Virus record (IMG/VR): IMGVR_UViG_3300020172_003900
Coordinates: 1 to 52,423 of that record
Source: a virus
Taxonomy: Duplodnaviria; Caudoviricetes
Length of the DNA: 52,423 bases
Strand: one strand, 5' to 3'
The notes beneath the pieces are model-generated. The model did not search any database. It saw only the letters and a program-made list of their open reading frames with translations, and was not told where the DNA came from. A program made the translations under genes and the position numbers. Shown here one piece after another: positions 45,239-52,423 of this stretch (position 1 is its first letter; each line of letters opens with the position of its first letter).

Positions 45239-45928
45239 TTACGCCTGGATATTCATAGGGTTTGAAATCAATGAAGATTTCATTGTGCCAAGTTGTTCTG
45301 AGAACTTACCTGACATTCTCTCAACTAATGGACAAATAATACCTGAAATTTTACTTTCAATCTTATCTGCAAAATCACTTTGTTTGATTACATCATACAA
45401 AGAGTTTCTTACATAATCCATAAAATCACCACCCATTCCTTTTTCATATTCTAATTGTCTTAGATATGCTTCAGGAACTGATTCCGCAATTTTCTTAGTT
45501 AAGAATTCACATTCTGTGAAAAGTTTAGGAACATCTTTTAAATCTGTATTACCTAAAGCAGTTACTAAAAAGTTCTTTAGGAAATTATTATCATCAATTC
45601 CAAGTTTTTCTAAAATAAATTTAACCCCTTTTTCTTTGAAAAGTTCTATTACCGCATTTGTGGTACCTCCAAAAAGGTTACCCAATACGTTGAAAACACT
45701 TGATACATTCTCTTCAATTAAAGAATCATTAAATCCTTGTTTATGTAAATGTACCATTTCAGTTAAAATATTAACAAATACCTTATCAAGGTCTTTTTTG
45801 TTTTTAATTTTATTTGACTCAAGGATAAAATTAAATCTGTTTTTAATTATCGTTGACTCAGTTAAAACTTGTTTTTTAACTTCTTTAGTTTCAATTAAGT
45901 TTTTCTTTATTGTTTTTTTAAGACTCAT
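45239..45928 (-). CDS. Hypothetical, putative internal virion protein
   Basis: N-terminus MSLKKTIKKNLIE...LTES. Confidence 0.6.
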   Translation of the reverse strand: MSLKKTIKKNLIETKEVKKQVLTESTIIKNRFNFILESNKIKNKKDLDKVFVNILTEMVHLHKQGFNDSLIEENVSSVFNVLGNLFGGTTNAVIELFKEKGVKFILEKLGIDDNNFLKNFLVTALGNTDLKDVPKLFTECEFLTKKIAESVPEAYLRQLEYEKGMGGDFMDYVRNSLYDVIKQSDFADKIESKISGIICPLVERMSGKFSEQLGTMKSSLISNPMNIQA

Positions 45929-45936
45929 ATTTTAAA

Positions 45937-47589
45937 TTATTTTTTTGGTTGAGCATCATCAGGTTGTTGAGATGCGTCAGTTGAGTTAGGTTCAATTCTA
46001 AATCTTTGTTGAGATGGACTTGCCAATCTGTTGTAAACATTTTGTAATGTTTTGTCTTTGTCAAATACACCTGAGTTAGAACAGTCAACAAGTTTTTGTT
46101 TAATTTCTTGTTTCTTACGTGTGTCATATCCACTACAACTACCTACAGTCATTTCATCAGTATCGTCACCTTTAAATAACTTACTAAATAATCCTGGGTC
46201 TTCTTGTCTTAAGTTAGCACAATTAGCGGCGGTTCTTAATGTAGATTTACACCATTTACCTGTCACTTCGGTACTTTGTAAGAATGAATCTAATGATGTG
46301 ATATTTTGTTCTAAATCTTTTCTAGAACCACCTTCACCTCTTAAAACGTAAGCAACTATTTGTGAATTAGCCGCTGGGAAACTTGCGGTAATATCTTTTT
46401 GGTCATACATACTCATTCTTTCCGCCAAAGGATTTGACCAAGCGTCCCACTCAGTATTACCTTTTTGAGCAAATTCATTTTTAGCTTTATCACCAATTTC
46501 TTTTAAGATAGTTCTATTCTCATCAACAATAGTTTGTTGTTCAGGTTTGTTTGTAACTTTTAAGTAATCACTTAAAGCCTTTAACATCGATAAGTAAACT
46601 CTAAAGAAATAAGACCTTGCTTTATCCTGAGTAATATAATACTCAACAACATCTGTACCTCTATTCAATGCGTTTTCATCTAAATTACCATCTTCATCTA
46701 ATAACTCTAAACCACCAATGTTATATTTCTCAAACCTGTCTTTTAACATTGTTGCTTGGTCTTTTTGACCTCCTGATTCTCCACCAGTTGTTTGAGATGA
46801 CGATGATTGAGCGTCAATACTTCCACCAAATACAACTGAACCAATAATAACTTTACCTGTTATATCGGTAATTATAATTTGTTGGTCGTTGTTACCACAT
46901 TTGTAGTATCCGTTACCTAAATCAGTTTTACCGTCTGAAGAATATATTCTACAAACATACCCCTTAGCTTCTTTCTGATTAAAATAACTAATAACGTATT
47001 GTACTCCCGATTTATCCGAACCAAAACCAATAACATAATTGTTTGGTGGATTATAATATTGTTTTAAACCTCTAACACAAGTTGGGAATTTATCAATCCA
47101 TTCTCCTCCACCAGCTTGACCTGAATTAGTATTTGTATTAGTTTGAGTACTACTATAAGTAATATCATTACCATAACATTCCCATTTACCTGAACTTCCA
47201 TTTGTTGCCGAATATGTTTTATCAGAATTAAATGTAACCGTAACACCGTCTTGAGTTACTTTTGCAACATTACCACTTATCTGTATATTAAGAATTCTTG
47301 TTATACAAGTTGGGAACGCATTGGTTGCAGGTGATGGTGCAGGTGATGGTGCAGGTGATGGTGCAGGTGATGGCGAACCTCCTCTAGTTTGTTGTTCATT
47401 ATATTCACCTCCTGATTTAATTTTGTTTTTCTCAAAATCAGAAGAACTTAATTTAGACCCTCTAGTAATCTGTTCATTGTACTCATTTTCCACCTTAACT
47501 TTGTTTTTCTCAAAATCTACGGGACTTAACTTAGAACCTCTAGTAACAGGAGTTAATTGTTCCAATATTATTTTTTTAATATTTTTCAT
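45937..47589 (-). CDS. Hypothetical, putative internal virion protein with repeated N-terminal segment
   Basis: MKNIKKIILEQ; (TRGSKLS..DFEKNK.K...EYNEQ)x2; (PSPA)x4 linker. Confidence 0.6.
   Translation of the reverse strand: MKNIKKIILEQLTPVTRGSKLSPVDFEKNKVKVENEYNEQITRGSKLSSSDFEKNKIKSGGEYNEQQTRGGSPSPAPSPAPSPAPSPATNAFPTCITRILNIQISGNVAKVTQDGVTVTFNSDKTYSATNGSSGKWECYGNDITYSSTQTNTNTNSGQAGGGEWIDKFPTCVRGLKQYYNPPNNYVIGFGSDKSGVQYVISYFNQKEAKGYVCRIYSSDGKTDLGNGYYKCGNNDQQIIITDITGKVIIGSVVFGGSIDAQSSSSQTTGGESGGQKDQATMLKDRFEKYNIGGLELLDEDGNLDENALNRGTDVVEYYITQDKARSYFFRVYLSMLKALSDYLKVTNKPEQQTIVDENRTILKEIGDKAKNEFAQKGNTEWDAWSNPLAERMSMYDQKDITASFPAANSQIVAYVLRGEGGSRKDLEQNITSLDSFLQSTEVTGKWCKSTLRTAANCANLRQEDPGLFSKLFKGDDTDEMTVGSCSGYDTRKKQEIKQKLVDCSNSGVFDKDKTLQNVYNRLASPSQQRFRIEPNSTDASQQPDDAQPKK
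47326..47373 (-). repeat. 12-nt tandem repeat x4 encoding PSPA
   Basis: TGCAGGTGATGG x4 on plus strand. Confidence 0.9.
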
Positions 47590-47592
47590 AAT

Positions 47593-49785
47593 TTAATTTG
47601 TTTTATCTTTAAATGTGGTTCCAGAATATTCATATTTATATATTGTTCCGTTAGCATCCTCAAAAGTATAAATATTATTACCTACCGATTTAATGTATGG
47701 TAAATCTTCTTGTGATAATTTCATTTTTTTAACCTCAGTAAACCATTTTATAAATCCAGGTATATCATTGGTGTAATTCTCACCTGTTGTTGACTCTTTT
47801 ATTTCATCAAAACCTTTAGTATCTTTATTATATTTCCATTTTATACCATCAGTGGTAACACCATAATTACCATTAGTGTCTTTAACCCACGATTGTTTAT
47901 TTTTACCTTTAGATAAACACCAAGCGGTAAAATAAATTTCATTATCACCTGCATTGCTTATATCTAAACCGTCACCAACAACTGGGTCCAACCCCTGCTC
48001 AATTCTTTCTCTTACTATTCTTAAATTTTCTTCTTGACTCTTATTAGTATCCCATCCTAATTCTTCTAATTTTTTTTGAGTTTTAGCCTCTAATAAATCA
48101 AACATATTTTTTAATTTTGATTCATCGTAGTCACCAAACATTGCAAATCCGCCAGCGTCTTTTAATGCTACAATCACTTCGTCTAAATAAGTCCAAAAGA
48201 ATGCGTTTTTTAATAAAGAACCGTCTTCACCGTAAGGATGTAAACCAAAATAATCAAATGGTAGACTTTCTTTAAAATACCTCCAATAATCGTCACTATT
48301 TGGTTTTGGGGTTACTGTTGGTAGACCTTTACAATCTTGACCTAATTGTTTTAATGTCTCACATAGTTCTTCTGCGATAGCATAATCCGCTTTGCTTGAC
48401 CAATGTTTATAATTTTGACCTGCGGTTTTCATAAAAGCAAGTATTGCGGGTATCATACCGTGTTGGAAAACTATAAACGTTATTATTTTAGACGTGATTG
48501 CTCTATTTCGACCGTATTGAGTTAACGCTCTTACAACTTCTGAATTTGTTCTAGGGTCTTTCCAAACAATTTGTTGTAATAATCTTTTAGGATTTGGAAA
48601 TAATATTTTCCACCAATCTTTAGTCTCAAACTTTTCTTTTGAAAAAACTTTTTCAAGAAAATTAGTAATAGGAAAACTTTGAGCCCAAGCTCTTGTTTGT
48701 TCTAACACTGGACCATAAGTGTTTTTAGCTTCAGATTGTGCCAATGCGTCCCAAGATGTTTTTATATTGTCATTCTGTAATAATTTTTTAACCTCAGGTC
48801 TTAATTTTGGGTTATTCATTATTAAAGTATTTAAAGTTTTTGTTACATCAGTTGTTCTACTTTTTCTAAGACCTAAAATCAACATATACAAATCTTCCAT
48901 ATCCACATCAACAACTTCAGGAGGATTTTTAGCCAATTTAGCCTCAATTTGTTTCATTTTATCCTCAATCTTAACTTGTAATATTTTATTATTTGTAAAG
49001 GCGTTTTTCCAATATTTTGTATAAAATCTTAACCAAGCAGGTAAATAAGTTTGACCTATGTTTTGAGACGGTTTTCCACTGTTTTCTTCATAAAGTCTAT
49101 TTAATTCATCAGTTGCCTCATCCGTGTTTTCTATAATATCAGGGTCATTTTCTAAAGTCTCTTCAACCGAAGGTCTATTTTGAGTAATCTCAGGTTCACC
49201 CTTAGATTTAATCTTCCAGTTTCCTAAATTGTCTTCAATAGCTTCTACGTTATCAAAATATTTTTCAAGAATTCTTGTATCTGATAATTCATCTTTAAGA
49301 ATATTCCTTAAAGTATTTTGGGCCTGTTCGATGTCTCCACCTGAATATCTAAGGGCTTGGGAATATAACTCGTCGAAAGCGTTTCTAATTTCAGAAGATT
49401 TTGCAGTAGTCGTAATTAATCTATCTACCTCTTGTTCAAAATTGGTCTCTAATTCTCTAAAAATTTGTCTTTGTATTTCAGTATTTTTTGATAAAAATTC
49501 AACAAATTCTCTTTCCGCGTTCGCAACACCTGTCCTACTAATATTTCTAACAATTGATTCTAAATATTGTTTACTCTCCCTATCAACTAAGGATTCAATT
49601 TTTTTCAAGGCATTTTCAATAGATTCTTCCGCAGTTCTTTCCCCTCCTCTAACAAATAATCTTTTAGCATAATTCCATAATTCTTCTGCAGTTTTTTCTA
49701 AAGCTGCGGTTTGTTCACTCAAAACTCTAACATTCATTAAAGTTTTCATTCTATTCATTTGTTCAAATAAATTCTTTCGCTTCAT
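47593..49785 (-). CDS. Large helical protein with one hydrophobic segment, putative internal virion protein
   Basis: MKRKNLFEQMNRMKTLMNVRVLSEQ; ATATTTAT motif upstream. Confidence 0.6.
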   Translation of the reverse strand: MKRKNLFEQMNRMKTLMNVRVLSEQTAALEKTAEELWNYAKRLFVRGGERTAEESIENALKKIESLVDRESKQYLESIVRNISRTGVANAEREFVEFLSKNTEIQRQIFRELETNFEQEVDRLITTTAKSSEIRNAFDELYSQALRYSGGDIEQAQNTLRNILKDELSDTRILEKYFDNVEAIEDNLGNWKIKSKGEPEITQNRPSVEETLENDPDIIENTDEATDELNRLYEENSGKPSQNIGQTYLPAWLRFYTKYWKNAFTNNKILQVKIEDKMKQIEAKLAKNPPEVVDVDMEDLYMLILGLRKSRTTDVTKTLNTLIMNNPKLRPEVKKLLQNDNIKTSWDALAQSEAKNTYGPVLEQTRAWAQSFPITNFLEKVFSKEKFETKDWWKILFPNPKRLLQQIVWKDPRTNSEVVRALTQYGRNRAITSKIITFIVFQHGMIPAILAFMKTAGQNYKHWSSKADYAIAEELCETLKQLGQDCKGLPTVTPKPNSDDYWRYFKESLPFDYFGLHPYGEDGSLLKNAFFWTYLDEVIVALKDAGGFAMFGDYDESKLKNMFDLLEAKTQKKLEELGWDTNKSQEENLRIVRERIEQGLDPVVGDGLDISNAGDNEIYFTAWCLSKGKNKQSWVKDTNGNYGVTTDGIKWKYNKDTKGFDEIKESTTGENYTNDIPGFIKWFTEVKKMKLSQEDLPYIKSVGNNIYTFEDANGTIYKYEYSGTTFKDKTN

Positions 49786-49807
49786 TTTTTTTTTATTAAT
49801 AAATATA

Positions 49808-52423
49808 TCATTTTATTGTAGTTGTTGTAGTGGTATCATCAAAATTACACCCTTCTATCTTAACAAACCAATCTCCATTACTATTTTTACCTACTTGACA
49901 CTTCTTTTCAAATTTATAATATCGTACTTCGGTAGTTGGTATTTTTTTCCAGTCTTTTTCATTAAGATATAATTTATCTAATTCTATAATGGCTTTATCT
50001 TTGATTCCTGCAATTTTTTGTTTTTCCAACTCAATCTCTTTTTTCTTTTTACTATACAAATCTTTATATTTTTTAACCTCAGCGTCTAACTCTGACTTAC
50101 TTTTTTCTGCGTATTTAGACATTTCTTCGGCACTTTTTATTTTATTTAATTCATTTGCATAATATTTTAGTTCAGGAACTTCTAATTTACTGAAAATATA
50201 TAATATGTTTTTTTCAAGATTTTTAATTTCTGCTTGAGTTTTATTTTGAGAAATATATTCTAAAATCTTGTGGTCTCTTTCCCCCCAAGTAATATCAATA
50301 CCTTTTTTCTTAAACTCCGTTTTTATAACATCATAAGTTTTTTCTACCGCAGGTATTGTGACCGCCAAATCAATAACCATATTAGATAAGAATTTTTTAG
50401 TTCCTGCAAATCTCGACATTTTTTGAGCTTCATACCAACTTAAATTTTTATAAACATTTCTTGATTGTGCAACTTCTTTACTTAACCCCTCTAACGATTC
50501 TTGGACTGCCTGTGGTTGTGTTTTTAAAGTTCTTAATACTTCCCTAAACACCGCTCTTTCACCTTTATCTAAAACTCCGTACATAAAAGAATTTAACGAT
50601 TGTGCACTATCAAATGTAATACCAGCCATTTTGGAAGCGATTGATGCCGAAACTTTAGAAAGTTCACTTCCTTTTAAAACAGTTTTAACACTATTATTAA
50701 CTACATTATATAGTTTGTGTAGTTGACCCATCCCCGCAAATATAAAATACATCAGAGCTTCTCTAGTGTTACCTCTACTAGCGTAATAAGTACCTAAACT
50801 TATGTTCAATAGTAAATCAGCAGCAACAATCCAAGTAGCTCCCTCAGTAAAGAACCCTGCAATCATTAATGCGGCAATTGCACCAAATTGAGCTAATTGA
50901 CCCCATCCACTATCCATAAATTTGTCAAAATCACTTCTACCGTCGTAACCGTAATACTGTTCTAACTCTTCAATTTTCAACTTTAATTTTTTGTATTCTT
51001 CTTTCTCACTACTAGTTAATAATTTCTCATCAAAATAATATCCCTCATCTTGTATTTTTTCTCTAACACCAAATTCGTCAGTCCAATATTTAGCTTTATG
51101 AGGTTTTTTATGTGCGTTTTGCCAATTAAGAATTTCTTTATTAACAGTTTCTTTTTGGGTATTAAAATCCTTTAAATCTTCCTTAGTAATACCTTTAGGG
51201 AATTTTCTATTACTATATTCGTTAAAAATTTCTTTTAATTTTGATTGACATCCCCATCTAACTTTCTCATCTTCGGTTGGTTTTGAAATCACACCTCCAC
51301 TTGGTGCCCCAATAACAGATTGTTCATTTATATAATCACCTAAGTTGGTATCTTCTCCGTTAACTAACTTATTATACACTCCACCTATTGATGATTTACA
51401 TCCCGATTGGTTTGATAGGTTTTTAACTTTACCTAAGAATTCATCATATTCAAATGGGCTAATCCCTTCAATAACTCTATATCCTCCAGGTACACTTAAA
51501 CCATTTTGCCAATTATCTAATGCTTTAACTTGTGCTTTAGTCGCATCAGTGTAATCAAATTTTAATTTTAACTTAATATTACCTAAATTAGTATTAATAG
51601 TTAAAATATCATCTTCCTGTTTTTTAGTCTTTAATAATTCTTTTTTAACTATTTCTGGTTTATATTTTGGTGCGACATATGTGTTATCAACAGGGGATGA
51701 ATTTTTTTCAGGTTTATATGTTGGGTCGAAACTCTTCACTATTTCACTTTTAACTGAAACAAAAACCTTACTTTGTCCACCTGAATTTATGGGTGTTTTA
51801 AAAAAATTAGTTAAAACTTTACCTTGTTCGTATGTTGATGTAACACTATTAATAGTTATTGGTGTTTTTGTGTTATTTTTTATAATAAAATATCCGTCAG
51901 ATTGGCCATTTTGAGTATACAACATTTTTTCACCCTTCCAAAGAACATTATCTTCAGTTCTATATGGTCCTGTAACTACAACTCCATTTGGGGACTCAAT
52001 TACTGTTGGTCCACTTTTTGATATACTATCAATTACTTTACCAACTTTACTAATTACACCATCACCTTTATACCCTTTTTGGTAAGAAGAATCGTAAGTG
52101 ACTAAATGATTAAATATTTGACCATATTCACTATCAATATCAGATATTTCATCATTAAGATAATCGGCTAATCCAACACCTTTGGATTTTTTAATAAACT
52201 GATTTACACCATCTAAGATATCTTTACTATTAATTCTTTTTATTTGTTTTAAAGCTTCCTCTTCATCATCATCAAACCAACCAGATAACGCTTCAATTAA
52301 TTTACGGGCAATATCTTGCGATACGTTATTAATTTGTTCATTAACAACATCTTTTTTATTTTCGGTTAAAGTTTTATCTAACGAATAACCTATTAATAAT
52401 CTAATTCTGTCTAAAGATTCTAA
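49808..52423 (-). CDS. Large putative internal virion protein (5' end off window) with hydrophobic hairpin
   Basis: Frame stays open from 51925 to the window edge (LESLDRIRLLIGYSLDKTLTENKKDVVNEQ...WKGEK-MLYTQ), so the track start is internal. Confidence 0.65.
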   Translation of the reverse strand, partial: LESLDRIRLLIGYSLDKTLTENKKDVVNEQINNVSQDIARKLIEALSGWFDDDEEEALKQIKRINSKDILDGVNQFIKKSKGVGLADYLNDEISDIDSEYGQIFNHLVTYDSSYQKGYKGDGVISKVGKVIDSISKSGPTVIESPNGVVVTGPYRTEDNVLWKGEKMLYTQNGQSDGYFIIKNNTKTPITINSVTSTYEQGKVLTNFFKTPINSGGQSKVFVSVKSEIVKSFDPTYKPEKNSSPVDNTYVAPKYKPEIVKKELLKTKKQEDDILTINTNLGNIKLKLKFDYTDATKAQVKALDNWQNGLSVPGGYRVIEGISPFEYDEFLGKVKNLSNQSGCKSSIGGVYNKLVNGEDTNLGDYINEQSVIGAPSGGVISKPTEDEKVRWGCQSKLKEIFNEYSNRKFPKGITKEDLKDFNTQKETVNKEILNWQNAHKKPHKAKYWTDEFGVREKIQDEGYYFDEKLLTSSEKEEYKKLKLKIEELEQYYGYDGRSDFDKFMDSGWGQLAQFGAIAALMIAGFFTEGATWIVAADLLLNISLGTYYASRGNTREALMYFIFAGMGQLHKLYNVVNNSVKTVLKGSELSKVSASIASKMAGITFDSAQSLNSFMYGVLDKGERAVFREVLRTLKTQPQAVQESLEGLSKEVAQSRNVYKNLSWYEAQKMSRFAGTKKFLSNMVIDLAVTIPAVEKTYDVIKTEFKKKGIDITWGERDHKILEYISQNKTQAEIKNLEKNILYIFSKLEVPELKYYANELNKIKSAEEMSKYAEKSKSELDAEVKKYKDLYSKKKKEIELEKQKIAGIKDKAIIELDKLYLNEKDWKKIPTTEVRYYKFEKKCQVGKNSNGDWFVKIEGCNFDDTTTTTTIK

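Noticed and set aside
1-52423. Stop-codon reassignment
   Set aside because: Genes are intact in the standard code, TAG and TGA end genes, and no suppressor tRNA was seen
1-52423. CRISPR array or IS element
   Set aside because: Recurrent GGTTCGA-type sequences are tRNA T-arms; no repeat-spacer periodicity and no transposase

Overview
Segment of a large, AT-rich, T4-like (gp17/20/21/22/23-type) phage genome. The host is very probably Bacteroidota: TTTG-N19-20-TAnnTTTG promoters, SD-less A-rich start regions and a Bacteroidota-type bS21. Contents: a head morphogenesis module containing ribosomal protein S21; N-domain-less ClpC, a UVR protein, ClpP and a tmRNA; an RNA-repair gene set (Rnl1 ligase, metallophosphoesterase, CYTH, cyclic-phosphate receiver, HAD); 28 tRNAs covering all 20 amino acids in three loci, interleaved with several unassigned structured RNAs; a ~520-nt stand-alone ncRNA; a glycosylation cluster; and large putative internal virion proteins. 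Main discovery: each tRNA locus is preceded by a short leader ORF, an antiterminator and an intrinsic terminator, and the leader codons match the anticodons of the downstream tRNAs. This looks like a multivalent, ribosome-sensing attenuator that switches on phage tRNA supply when those tRNAs become limiting. All calls were made by eye; no searches or folding programs were run.
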